Below are positions 12,240-25,725 of a DNA stretch of 64,000 nucleotides, in pieces. Each line of letters starts with the position of its first letter. Positions within the stretch are counted from its first letter, which is position 1. The translations under genes were made by a program, and so were the position numbers. The notes under the pieces were generated by a model that saw only the letters and a program-made list of their open reading frames with translations, had not been told where the DNA came from and searched no databases. The DNA is from Callorhinchus milii. Its lineage: Eukaryota. Location of the stretch: positions 120,406,001 through 120,470,000 of the forward strand of contig NW_024704742.1 of the NCBI RefSeq assembly GCF_018977255.1. The letters are read 5' to 3'.

Positions 12240-13359
12240 TGAAAAAGATAATAACTTAATCTTAATAATAATAATAATCCTTGCATTTGATATAGCGCTC
12301 TATCACATCTTAGAGACATCTCAAAGCGCTTCACAGAATACACTATAAAGTGAATTGACTGTGTACTTTGTGGGCAAATGCAGCAGCCAATTGCCCACAA
12401 CAGTGTTCCACAAACAGTTGTGGATTGAGTGACCAAATTATTATTATTATTTTTTTGAAGTATTATTAACCCCGATCCGCCGATCGATTAAATATCGACC
12501 AAGCTGCTTTCACATAGGATAATATCGTCAAGAGCTTCACAAAGATGATTTGGAGCTTGAAGTAGAGTGGGAAGGATGGGGAGTTTGAGCAAATTCAGCA
12601 AAGACACAGTCAAAGCGGTAATGCTGTCAAGAGGGTTTCGAAGACAGAGGGAGAAAATTAATTTTATGGGCTTGAGGTTTCAGTAAAGAATGTGGTAGAG
12701 TAAAAGATGGTGCAATAAGTGTGGATTTTAACACACTGAAAATGACGAGTTCATCAGGTTCAAACAGCGGTTTCGAAATAAAAGCTTAATGGAAGGAATT
12801 AAATCTTGAAGAGGTCACAGTAACGCTAGAGTTAAATGGCTGGAAGCAATAACACTTCTAGCAGTACAATGATTCTGAGCGCCTATGAACTTTTAAGAGG
12901 ACATTTCCCAGAAGAGCATGAAATAACCTTTATTATCTACATTTATGAATATAGGGATGAATTGACATGTTACCCAAATCACCTCCTCAGGGAACTCTCC
13001 AGCAGCTGGGCTGCAGTATGATTCTGTCTAGGATTGTGATGCCTAACCCTGTATTATATTGTGTCCTTTGCAGTGAATCGCTGAAAGTTCAGCAGGCTAC
13101 AAGAGGCAGGAAGCAGTCAAGATTACCAGCAGGGTATCTCTTGGTTTGTGCTACTTTTCCTTGCTGAAACCATCCTTGGTTTGTATGAACAGTTTCAGCC
13201 TCATCTGAAGTCTGAAAAGGTCTTATTAGCCTTAAGACTATTTATGTTAGAATTTAAGATGGTGCAGCATTTTGGAAATTGTTTAAATTTAGTTTTAATT
13301 TGAATTTAAGAATTTTCCCAAATTCTGTCCAATTATTTCTTTTAAGTCAATGATATTAT

Positions 13360-13720
13360 GTGGAGTCCTGTAGCTCAGTAGTTAGAGCACTTGCCTCGCA
13401 AGCGAGAAACCTGGGTTCGATTCCCAACAGGGTAAAGTTTCCTTACTCCACACACCTCTGTTTACTTAGCAGTAAGTAGGAACCCGGTTGTTAGTCGATT
13501 GGTGGATCGCTTTTCTGGGGGGTAATAATTCCTTGAAAGAAAAAAATTGGTCACTCAGTCTACAGGCACTGTGGGACACTGTTTGTGGGACACTGCTGTG
13601 CGCAATTGGCTGCTGCGTTTCGCCCAGTCAATTCACTTTACAGTATATTCTGTGAACCACTTTGAGACGTCTAGAAGATGTGATAAGGCGCTATATCAAA
13701 TGCAAGCATTTTTATTATTA
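13360..13720 (+). mobile_element. tRNA-derived SINE, long form
   Basis: Same head and tail plus an extra block of about 65 bp (tctgtttacttagcagtaagtaggaacccggttgttagtcgattgg...). Confidence 0.9.
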
Positions 13721-16703
13721 AGGTTAAGACCTTGAGAAATATCAGACCTCTGATTCATCATGCAATTTAGGATGATAAAATCCATATTTTTAATCCTAAA
13801 TATAACAGATATAACAGATTCATCCCAATCATTTTCAGTTCAGTAAAAAAAAGTTTGGATTCATTGCAATGTAAAGATCAATTCTATGGATAAATTATAA
13901 CGTAAAAATCAGTGTTGGAGAGCAAATGCCTCAATGCTAGTCATTGTCCACTCCAAAGTATGAAAATTTTAATGTGCCAAAACATTCTTTGAACAGTGTT
14001 TTCCAAAAANTAAGACTTTGAATCAGTTAACGTTGGGGAAGAAACAAAAAGCAAAATGCACAGATATTGCATTTGCTGATGTCTAGTCTAGGCATGAATA
14101 TAGGACGTTTGTCTTTATTTCTGGAAAGAAAACTTTGGCTAAAACTTCTGTTGTGACAACATTGTGATTTTCCACAAATACGGTGCTTTTAAAGGATTTA
14201 ATGGAAAGCTGTGAAAATAGTTCTTTTCCAGGAGACTAATTAGAAACAGGATGTCAGGGGCGACTTGTGACGCACGTCTGTCACACTGAATTAGAGGAAA
14301 ATAACTAGAAAATGATTGGAGGAAGCTTTCCCACAGTGTTCTAAAGGCAATTTCTTGGAGGAAGAAATGAAAAATCTGGGAAGAGATCATCAAAGCGAGG
14401 ATTAATTCATAATAAGATGCAGGTTCAATAATAAGGTAAGGGGCTAGACAGGGAGCTGACCAGTGAAATAAATAACCCATACAGTATAAGGTACTCTAGC
14501 TAAAGTTTAATAAACCTTAAGTCATCAGCAAACACCAGAATCAGAGTTCAAATGGGGGAGGGGGGAGGGATGCCTAAATAATTAATAATGAATGTTCTTT
14601 GTATGGATATTAATTTCATCCCAAGTATTATGTAAAATGGTATAACCACAGACACTTAACAGACCATTTATGCCATATTGGCTGTTTTCTTTACTGAAGC
14701 ACTTCCTGTTTTAATACCTTGCTAGACTGATGTCTTGTTGAAGAAATACTTACGAGGATAAAGTGCTCAAAGGGGACCTTCACGGCCAAAAGAAAAACAA
14801 AGATATGGCAGCAATTTGCCAGTAAACCTGAATGCTGTGAACATAATATGTAATGAAACTGGATCAGTAAAGGCCATATTTGACCTGCAAACCTGGAGCC
14901 AGGGAAAGATTTTGGGTGGAGGTCGATAGAGGACAAACCCAGAAGGAATTAACTAGGAAAGAGGTGTGCACTGAAATAACAACAGTCCCTGCGTGTTCAT
15001 TCACTGAAAACTATTCCTCTTCTGGCAAACATGCACACTGTCTGAAGGTGATGTGTCCCAGTAGATCTAAGGATATTGCTAAACAGCAGAAGCTGAAAAG
15101 TAATGATCAGTTAGGTCAGGGTAGAATTAGTACTCTAAATACCTTGATTTACTACTGCCTGACAAACAATCTTCACGTTGCAACTGTGGCCAGCAATCGT
15201 TTTACTTTCCGGGTGTGAAGAGGCCCCAAAAAGTCCAATAAAACGCTAGAGAGCAAACAGCAGATTGCAAAATTACTTTGACGTTCAAGAACATGTCATT
15301 TTAGTGAATTGGTTTCCAAGTTTCCCAGGAGAAATTTCAGGAACAAAATTAGTGCAGCAATTTCCAGTGTGCAAATGTTACATTTTAGACTTGATTATGT
15401 CACATAAGACTGGAATTTACCACATCCCCAAATGTTTCAAAGATGTGGGTAGGGACATAAGGTGAAAGAAAATCTGTATGTTTCATAGACGGATTCAGAG
15501 AGTTTTCGTTTCTGATTGCTAAGTTAGATGTCACCTGTGCTCTTCCCATCTCTCCAGGGAGAGAAAGATATTCTGTGGTGGGGATGATGAGTATCCACAG
15601 TGCAAGTAAATGGGATCTATAGAAACCATTCGACTGAGGAGAGACAGAAATAAGGGAAGAAAACATAAGTGAGAAGAATAAAGAAAACAGGAATAGGGGA
15701 AGATACAGAGAAAGAAAATTGGAGGTGATAAAAGAGTAAGAGAAAACATAAAAGGAAAAAATAGGCAGAATTCTGCTCCATCTCTTCTTCTGTGCATCAT
15801 CGCACCAACTCCATCTAATACAATGGAGGTGTGCTCCAAGACTCTAGTAGTACTACTACATAAACAAGCATGAGGAGGTGCATGCAAGCAGATGAAAGGC
15901 AATTGTTCTTTTTTCCTCTTTTGTCTGGGGATGTGCCTTGCCTCAGAAACCTCTTATGGCAGCTTGGTTGGGGTCAGCACAATGTGTGGTAATTCACAGG
16001 CACAGGCCTGTATATTCCAACATTCTTTGCAGACAGTGGGTTGTAGCATCGTACAAAATCCCAAATCCCGGTTACACCCTGACCTTGGTATTTGAAAGGC
16101 GTCAATGACATAAAAGTTGAGGGCTGTAGTTAACTTGATAGCTGTAGGTGGTGCAATGACCCGAGGCTGTGGGCTCTCCAGATCCATTCCTCACGTAGGT
16201 CACCTATTAACTGCTTATCTGGGCAAAATCTATGCAAGACCTGTACCTTTGAATGGCCCCGAAATACCTCCCTGAGGTGATATACCTTGTGCTCGAGTAA
16301 TCACGTCCCCTCCTCCCCCTTCCTCTCATGCAGCTTCCTGGGGAATCTGCCTTGTAGCCATTCGTGAAAAGAGTTGATTTTCTTATTGCTGCTATATTAA
16401 TACCCACTTATCGGAAAAAGTTAACACTTAAATTGGCTGTTATCATATGCCTGTGATTTCCAGTGTGGGGGGAAATAAATACCTGAAGAGTGAAAAGGAC
16501 AATGCAATAGTTTTAAGATAAACCCCTCCAGAAGTGCAAACAATATAATTGTGTATCTGTCTTTTATTTTCTTCCATTAAAGCTCAACAGATGAGTCACT
16601 ACTAAAAGTGTGAAACTCCACAAGAGAATAAAAAAACGGGAGTTGAAAATTCACGCAGATTAGCAGATTTCTGAAAATCAGCAACTTTCACTGATAGTAA
16701 TAT

Positions 16704-17049
16704 TAGTAATCCTTGCATTTGATATAGCATCTTATCACGTCGTTCAGATGTCTCAAAGCGCTTTGCAAAATGTATTTTAAAGTGAATTGACTATGTATTT
16801 TGTAGGTGAAACGTAGGAGCCAATTGTGCACAGCAGTGTCTCACAAGCAGTCGTGGATTGAGTGACCAAATTATTATTATTTTTCTTGAAGGGATGATTA
16901 CCCCTGAAAAAGCGATCTGCCAATCAACTAACTTACCGCTAGCTAAACAGAGGCGTGTGGAGTAAGGAATCTTGCCTAAGGTTTTGTCCCGCCTGGGAAT
17001 CAAACCCGGATCCGCTCGCTTCCGAGTGCTCTTAACCACTAAGCTACAG
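16704..17049 (-). mobile_element. tRNA-derived SINE, long form
   Basis: Reverse-complement match to the 13360 copy. Confidence 0.85.
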
Positions 17050-17239
17050 TATATTCATAGAAAAATGCCTAATCGCTTCAGAGACAGAGCGAGTATTTGA
17101 GTGGGAGCTCAGGCAGGGTGGAAACGGGAGTGGGGGTGGGGGAGTAGAAAGGAGATGATGAAAGGAACAGTTGAAGAGGTGAAAGAGGTGGGCTTTTAGA
17201 TTAACTAAAACCATTTAATATGTAGACAAACATTATAAG

Positions 17240-17740
17240 ATTACAATAATTTGCATTTTTATAGTGCCCGTTGAGTAAGGTAACGTCTTGGAGCGCTTAA
17301 CAGTGGCAGAACCTGGCACGTAGCCAGCGGGAGGTGACTATAGGCTGGGTCAAAGAGGAAGATCTTCAGGCGTGATTTGAAAATGGGGAAGGAGGGGGCA
17401 AGGCAGAGGGATTGAGAGAGAGAGGTTCAAAGTTTCGGGGAGTAGTGGAACGGAGGGGACAAGGATTAAACAAGAGGCCGGAGCAAGTTGAGGCGAGGCC
17501 GCAGATGATGGGGTGGGGAGTAAGCAGGTTGGAAAGGTAGGGTGGTGCCAAGGTATGAAGTGATTGTCTTGAAGTCGATCCGCTCTGTGATAGGGAGCCA
17601 GTGGAGCCTGCCTAGGACTGGTGTGATTGGGGTACGAAGTTTGGTGCGGGTGAGTACACAGGCGGCAGAGTTTTGAATTACAGAATTAGATTTTGTGGAC
17701 AGTGGGGCTGGGGAGATTGGTGAGCAGGGCATTGGACATA
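17240..17740 (-). mobile_element. L2 LINE 3' fragment
   Basis: QNSAA.VLTRTK...ITPVL..LHWLPI..RIDFK motif in ORF 17466..17774. Confidence 0.85.
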
Positions 17741-19489
17741 GTAATATAGAAACAACATAGTAACACAGGAACACGAGAAAGCCATTGCATCATTGTATCG
17801 GTGGTACCATCCTTCAGATGAGATGGTAAACTGAGGTCCTCTTTACCTGTTCAAGTGGATATTAAAAGATTCCTATTTGGACAGATCAAATACTGGAGCA
17901 GGAACTCTTCCCATTCAGCTCCTGATAACCCTGCAAGTCAAAGGCTAATTTTAGAGTGGTCCTAACTGGAAAGGCAGCTGGATGACACTATTTGGTAAGA
18001 GAATGGAATTTCTCGTCGTCTCCTGGCCAACAATTCTCCAGTGATCATTCACTTCCTGTGTGATCAACAGATGGTCACTGGGCTTGATAGCAGTTCCCCA
18101 TAAAGATCTTTGACAGTTTTGACACATTATAAAATGCAATGGATATAAAATCCATTATTATCACTATTTGCTCCTGAGCCAATACTTCGAAGACCAGTTT
18201 TCAAGGTTTTTATTGACAACCTGGTATAATGAAAGTAAAGTTGGCTCAGAAATTTATTGTTACAAGAAACTTCCAACAACAAAGATCACAACAACAACTT
18301 GCATTTATACAGCACTCTTCATGTAGAGCAGCGTCTTGGAGCACTTCATGCGGGGCACCATCCAATTATGTACCACCGGCTATAATGTAACGCTTTTGTA
18401 AGGTAAGCATGCAAGTAGAACCAAAACTAACTGCACCAATCAAGAAAGGGGATAACTCACAGAACACTGTGGTTTGGAAGTTCAAATGTTTACATTCATG
18501 AGCACAATACCTGCTTACCTCTCTGTTGGCGTACCATTTAGGTTTTAAAGGCTCAACAACAAACACTTATATAATGCTTTGAATGTGAGGAAATGTCTTA
18601 AAAGTGTAGTGTGAGCCTAAAATGAACAGTACTTCAAATGAAAAACAATTTTGATATATCATCCTTCACACGGGTAGAGTCTCAGAGCCCTTAAATAGTA
18701 ATTTGCTCATCAACTTTGAAATCTCCTCATAAAACAAATGGTACACAATACACCCCAGACTGGTTCTGCTTCTTGAACGATGGGCATCCTGCACCTCAGG
18801 TCGCTAAAAGCTGGTATTATTGTCATTCTTTGAATTAGCAATAATCAGACAGAATCCTGACATTGTTGAGTTGACGGGTGTAATGAATCAATTGGTATTG
18901 AAAAGGACCTTGGCACCTCAATTATAATCAATTCAAATAGTTCACTGGGAAGGGATCCCATCCATCAGGATGTATATTCAACATTCCACTATAGTTTCTT
19001 CTTTTGTTCAAATCCCAGTTTGTGTTATGTGTTTAGTTTGTGTTTAGACAACAGTATACAACAGAATGTAAAGATTTAGTCCAGCACATTTCCTGGTCCG
19101 TGTTTGGTTATCTGATCTCAGCTGGGTCTGTGGTATGGTAAAACAAGTGGCTTCCGTGCCCATGGCTAGGCAGAGAAATCAGCCAGTTTCTTATTGTTAT
19201 TCAGTAACCTTGTACTTTCATACATTCTATGATATTCAGACATTCTGCCTCAATTTCCTTCAACTCCCCCCTGCCCCCCAAAATAATAATTTTGTCACTC
19301 AATCCATGACTATTTGTGGGACATGGTTGTGCGCAATTGACTTCCACGTTTCACCCATAAAATACAGAGTCAATTCACTTTACAGTAAATCCTGTGAAAT
19401 GCTTTGAGACATCTCAACAACATGATAAGGTGCTGCATAAAATGCAAGGATTATTATGATATATAGAATAGTATCATGTGAGGTATACT

Positions 19490-20252
19490 TCATAGGATAT
19501 CCTATAAATTGTAGTGACTGTGTATTGTAGGCCAATTCAGCAGCCCATTTGTGCACAACAATGTCCCACAAACAGCCATGAAGTGAATGACTAATTTTAT
19601 TCAGGGGATTGTTAGCCAGGACAACGGAAGAAACTTCCTAATCTTTTCAAGTAGAGATCTTTGATGTCCAACAGAAGAGGCTTTGGTTTCTAACATCTCA
19701 TTCAAAGAACGACACCTCCAATGACACCCTGGGTTCTGCACTGGAGCATCACCTGAGACTACGTGAATTCCTGACAAAGTCCTGACAACAACAACTTGTG
19801 GAGTCCTGTAGCTCAGTGGTTAGAGCACTCACTTTGCAAGCGAGAGACCTGAGTTCAATCCAGGCAGGGCGAAACCTTGGGCAAGTTTCCTTACTCCACA
19901 CGCCTAATAATAATCCCTCCAAAACCAAAAACAATAATAAATTGGTCATTTTCAATCTACAACTGTTTGTGGGATATTGCTGTGCGCAATTGGCTGCCGC
20001 GTTCGCCCACAAATATACAGTCAATTCACTTTATAGTGTGTTCTGTGAAGCGCTTTGGGACGTCCTTCCGACGTGAAAAGCGCTATATCAAATGCAAGGA
20101 TTATTATTATTATTAACTTGCATTTATAAAGCGCCCTTCACGCATGGTAGCATCTTAGAGCGGAACCCAAAGTTGTGGGTTAGAAAAGGGACTTGAACCC
20201 ACAACTTTGTGACTCAGAGGTGAGAGTGCTGTCAACTGAGCCAGGCTGACAC
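19490..20252 (-). mobile_element. Older DeuSINE interrupted by nested insertions
   Basis: Deu body at about 19490-19780 and tRNA-like head at about 20165-20252, same strand, separated by younger inserts. Confidence 0.7.
19799..20114 (+). mobile_element. tRNA-derived SINE, young short form
   Basis: Full length; TSD AACTTG at 19793-19798 and 20115-20120. Confidence 0.93.
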
Positions 20253-21696
20253 ACAAGATAAATAGTCAAAGTCATTAACTCGATACTGATTCAAGACTCT
20301 TTTTCTATGGCGAGCAGGTCCACTTGCACCCTGAAAGTGACTGAAGAATTGTTCTGGAAGGATGATTGATTGATTCATTTATTTAGTTCTTCAGGGAAAG
20401 GTGAGCAAGTTAAAAGCAGAAGACGGTACTGATATTGGTATTTGGAAAAAGCTCTGTCAAGGGCAGAGGTTGGTGACTAGTTTGAGTTTTGCAAGGGTCC
20501 ATGCTAATTAAATAGGTCAAAGAGTTTTTCCGAATGCCTCTTGCACCACTTAATATACTAAAGTACCTTTATCCTCAATCTCAGCAAACTACTGCACCAC
20601 AATGATTTCCACTTTTACAAAGCTACGTCCATACTGTGTCTGTGAATTCTAGCCCAACACCATCTTTAACAGAGCTCATAAAGCTGGAATAGTCACACTC
20701 CATAGACCATAGTTAGATCGCACAACTAATCAAGAAAAACACACAGGGCAACATTCTCTTTTAAGAAACATTTTAAGCAATAACAAACTGCCTTGTCCTT
20801 TCTTCACTATATTGTGGTAATCGTTAAAAAAATTCAGATCCCATGGCACATTCGATAAGAGAAGGAAGTTTCTCCCAGTGTCCTGGCCAACAATCCCCCA
20901 AATTAAATTTGTCATTCAATCCATGGCTGTTTGTGGGACATTGTTGTGCGCAAATTGGCTGCCTTGTTCACCCACAAAACATAGTCACTGCACTTTACAA
21001 TATATCCTGTGAAGCGTTTTCGGATGTCTTCCCAACATAAAAGGTACTGTATGAAATGCAAGGATTATTGTCTATTCTGTGCATTTGGCTTTGTTTACAG
21101 GCTCCCACTAATGCAATCTTAGGTCATTTGCCAGGAGTTTCATGAGAATAGTCATTTTCAAACTTTCCCTTAGTTTTGAATAAGCAGTTTGAATGTGGTT
21201 TGTTTAGTGTAGGCAACACCAGGTGGGTGTGCAGTATTAATTCTAGTCATAAAAATGTTTTCCAAAATGTGGTTGTGAAGCTTTTTAATCATTGCTTCAC
21301 AAGTTTGGATGATCCAAGAACTCAGGCCTTCAGACGTCGGCCTGCCTCATTCAATAACCAATCTATCAAATTTATACTAGTTGCGACTGGATTCTACAGC
21401 TCTCAACTCTTCTGGGATAATTGGTCCATCCTGTCTGACAAAGGATATACGCACATGCTTTTCAGAGGTCTGTGAGATTTGAGTATCATTGTTTCCATGT
21501 GCTTCAGAGACTGGCAGTGAACCATTTCTAACCATGTCAATGGCTGAGCTCTGGCCCCTTTGAATTGTACAATTTTGTCTTGTAGTCTGCATTTCAAAGA
21601 CTCTAAACATATACACCAAAAGTGTCTATTTATGTCCTTAGGGTCTGAATCCCCAATGCTATTTGAAATTGCTTAACTATTGGGCACTTTCCCAAT

Positions 21697-22074
21697 AAGC
21701 AGAGGGACTGCGGGATGGAGTTCCAGAGGGTAGGGGCAGAGGGGCAGAAGGCCTGCCTGCCAATGGTGCGGGGAACGAGGAGGGGGATGTGAAGCAGGCC
21801 GGAGCCTACTTAGCGGAGGGAGTTGGCAGGATGGTAGAGGGTTAGGAGGTCGCAGAGGTAGCGGGGAGCAAGACCATGGAGGGCTTTGAAGGTGAGGACC
21901 AGGATCTTGAACTGTATCCTCTGAGTGATGGGAAGCCAGTGGAGTCATCTCAAGATCTTGCTCTTCAATTGCACCTTCAGTCACCCTCTTACCTTCACCC
22001 TCCCTGGCCTCCACCCCTCCGAATCCCAAACCCAGCTTGGATGCAAATCCTTGGCTGTCCAGCGCCTTGGGACA
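21697..22074. mobile_element. L2 copy with an inverted 5' segment; rest of its tail at 23262-23308
   Basis: 21697-21946 is minus-strand L2; 21946-22074 is the plus-strand continuation toward the tail. Confidence 0.8.
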
Positions 22075-23253
22075 ACCGACATCCTGACCATGTTCGACCC
22101 GGGCTCTCTCTGCCTCCTCGTCCTCCTCGACCTCTCCGCCGCTTTTGACACTGTGGACCACTCAATCCTCCTCCATTGCCTCTCCTCCCATCTCAATCTT
22201 CAAGGTTCTGATCTTGACTGGTTCAGGTGCTACCTTTCACAAAGCCTCCACTTCGTCGCAGCAAACGGGGTAAATTTCCACATGTATGCAGATGACACCC
22301 AACTCTATCTCTCTGCCTCCACCCTGAACTCCAGGACTACTGGCAACCTGACCGACTGAATGTCCGACATCAAGTCCTGGACGAGGGCCAACTTTCTCCA
22401 ACTCAACATCAGCAAAACCGAGGCCCTCCTGATTGGTTCGCGCCAGCGTCTCCATACCTCAGGCGCTGGCAGCATCAGCCTCCACGGCTGCACTCAACCT
22501 CATTAATCCAGTCAGGAACCTGGGTGTCTTGCTTGACCCTGAACTGTCCTTTCTCCCCCACATCTGCGCCATGACCTGCACTGCCTACCACCACCTCCGC
22601 AACATTGTCAGACTCCGCCATTGCCTCACCCCTCAGGCTGCCGAAACCCTTATCCGTGCATTCATCACATCAAGGCTTGATTATGGAGACTCCCTCCTCA
22701 TCGGCCTTCCCAACTCTTCCCTTCACAAGCTGCAGATCATCCAAAACTCTGCAGTTCGTGTACTCTCACGCACAGGCTCCGTGACTCCCATCCTCGCCTG
22801 ACTCCACGGGCTCCCCATCCCCCAGAGGATCAAGTTCAAGATCCTCGTCCTCACTTTCAAGGCCATCCATGGCCTTTCCCCCTCCTACCTCTCTGACCTG
22901 CTGACTCCCTACCAAGCTGCCCACTCCCTCTGTTCAGCGGGCTCTGGTCTGCTCCATGTCTCCCGCCCGACCCGCCCTATCATCGGTGGATGGGCTTTCA
23001 GCCTCTCAGCCCCCACACTCTGGAACTCCATCCAACCGATCCCTTCACCTCGCTTCCTCCCTTGTCTCCTTCAAGGCCGGTCTCAAGACCCTTCTCTTTG
23101 ATCGTGCCTTTGGTCTCCCTCCCACCTCTCTGCCTTCCCTCACCCCTACACCAACCCTCCCCCTTGCTCGGGCCCCAACACCTGACAGTTCAGAGCTTTG
23201 GGACGTCCTCCCGACGTGAAAGGCGCTCTATAAATGTAATTTTGTTGTTGTTG
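22075..23253 (+). mobile_element. L2 LINE, 5'-truncated RT region and tail
   Basis: LVLLDLSAAFDTVDH, HMYADDTQLY, VRNLGV and SRLDY motifs; (TTG)n end; TSD TTGGGACA at 22067-22074 and 23254-23261. Confidence 0.95.
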
Positions 23254-24264
23254 TTGGGACATTCTACAGACCTGAAAGGCACTATACAAATGTAAGCTGT
23301 TGCTGTTGAAACAATAATGACTATCAGAAACATAGAATGTTTTTCTGTCCTTAACACATAATTTGAAGCAGCATAAAAAACATTATGTTCTCTCCACGTT
23401 TCCTCGGACACAATGCAAATCTGCTGCCAAGAAAGCAAAGCAGATGTCTTACCTCTGAGACTATGCCAATGCTACTCAAGCCACCTGCTTAGGATTCAAG
23501 CCTCCTATGGCAGATTGCCAATTGTCTTTCTTTTGAAACATGTCTGGTCTCTACTTATTATTAGCACCTCCCTGATTGCACAGACAAAAATGAGGATTCA
23601 ATGGAAATTGGAATTCTGAAACTGTGGCCCTCCACTCTGTAAGACAACTATTCAACTATTAACCAATAGGCGATCAACAAAATGATCAATCAAAGCTTTT
23701 GAATTAATAAAGAACCTTTAGCACATAGTTGGAATTGTTTTTCATGACAAAGCAGATCAGTAAGATACGTAACAATATGTGATTAAGAATTAATTATATG
23801 ACCAGTCTATGGGATTTTCATTAATGAAAAATTCTGGAATTTTTCTCTTAACAATTGCACATCAATAGAAAATTATTTTACACGTTATATGAAAGTAAAT
23901 ACTGTATGCACGTGTTCATATTGCCAACAGATGTATGGTCACAGTTCTGTCACCTTCGTATCGCAAGTGTATTGCCTTGTCAAGGCGGGTTTATGTACCT
24001 CATGCTTCAGACCTCTCAACAGTTTGATAAACCTCTTATTCATTCTTACTCCTGTCTCAAAAACATGCCAACACGTTGTTTCATGTGTAACTTCTAATGA
24101 CCTTGAATCCCAACAGTTTTGCATTTTTATTGTATAATTTACAACAGTAAGAACATTAAGGAATTTTGATGCAAATAAAGATCAAATTAAAGGTTTACCA
24201 ATACCAAGAATTGGAATTCATAAGATTTTTTAATTTCCCGGTTCTTCAAAATCACCTTTATAAT

Positions 24265-24450
24265 ACTAATAATCCTTGCATTTGATATAGCGTTCTATCA
24301 TGCCTTCGAGACATCTCAAAGTGCTTCACAGCATATACTGTAAATCGAGTTCACTGTATATTTTGTGGGCGAAACACAGCAGCCAATTGTGCACAGCAGT
24401 ATCTCACAAACAGTTGTAGATTAAGTGACCAATTTATTATTTTTTTTTTG
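24265..24450 (-). mobile_element. SINE 3' half
   Basis: Deu domain and tail match the young SINE family. Confidence 0.8.
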
Positions 24451-25409
24451 ACAGGGTCCCTCTCAGACAGGGTGCAAGAGGGAGTGAACGGATTTGTAGC
24501 AAGGTGTCTTCCTATGCCTCATTGCTATCCAGATGTTTAGAGAGGAATCCAGAGAGACTCACCTTCAGATTACCTTTATTTTCTGCAGGGAAGTTTGTTC
24601 CTACTCTTTACTTCCCAACAGTACAGTGAAAATTCAAAAGTTGTTGTGTGAAACTTTGTCCTTCCACTTCATGCAAGTGGAAATTTCAACAGACCACCAT
24701 AGTTTTATAATACCTCATTACCTAACCATATTGTTCTGAATATAAGGTGAAGGTTTTCCTCCCTAAATGATAGTTTAAAAATTGCTACTCAGCTTATATT
24801 TTGCAACTAACCAGATCAATAGTTGAACAATCTCAAATAACTCATTCATGCACTGAAAGTCCAAGCTCTTGTAGTGTATATGTTTTTTTTGTCAGCTTTT
24901 GACACATGTGGAAACCTATCACCATGTTTACAAATATCCAAACCAGACTGAGAGTTCCACTTATGTATGCTATCTAATCATAAAAAATTAATAATTCTTG
25001 CATTTCACAATGGGATGATTTCTGAAAATGCTTCACAAAATTTATTGTAAAGTGTGTTTTGTAGTCGAATTTGGCAGCCAATTTGCGCACAGCAATGTCC
25101 CACAATTCATGTTGCTTCCCAAAGGACCCTCAATTACACTACTTTGTCTAGGTACCAGTTTTGTTTTACTGGGTGAGAATTCAACATGTATTACTCCAGT
25201 TGGACGTCAAATGTCTGTTTACTAAAACCAGATATGTGTAACACTCCATGTCCAGCCCATAGTTTGGATACACACACAGCACACAATATCCTTGGCTGCT
25301 AGGTCCAGTCTGTCACCCTGAGTTGCACCTCGTTGCTTAGACTAGCATTTGAAAACTATGTGGTGTATCTTGCCACAGTTATTGCATGTGATCCCACTCC
25401 TCTGGGATG

Positions 25410-25725
25410 TAATAGAGGAACTATTTCCTCTGGTGGGGAATCCACAACAAATGGGTATAATCTTAAAATTAGAGCTAGACCATGTAGGAGTGAAATTAGG
25501 AGGCAGTTTTTCATCCAAATAGTAGTGAAAATCTGGAACTCTCTCCCCCAAAAGGCTGTGGATGCTGGATCCATTCACATTTTCAAGATGGAGGTAGATA
25601 GATATTTGTTAGGTGAGGGTATTAAGGGATATGGGGCAAGGGTGGGTAATTGGACTTGGGTTACCGATCAACCATGGTTACAGATCAGCTTGAGGAGCTG
25701 ATAACCTACTCCCGTTTCTAGGTTT
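25410..25725 (+). mobile_element. CR1-clade LINE 3' fragment
   Basis: GYNLKI...RRQFF...VVKIWNSLPQKAVDAGSIHIFK..VDRYL...IKGYG, typical of the CR1 ORF2 C-terminus. Confidence 0.88.

Noticed and set aside
19799..19870. tRNA-Ala gene (also at 2514, 30210, 40465, 42838, 57836)
   Set aside because: The cloverleaf-like head continues into a SINE body and tail with TSDs; these are SINE heads, not tRNA genes.
19877..20116. Recurrent small ORFs (MGKFPYSTRL..., MESCSSVVRAL..., MTVYLWANAAA...) suggesting a multicopy gene family
   Set aside because: They are incidental frames of SINE copies, with inconsistent starts, stops and frameshifts.
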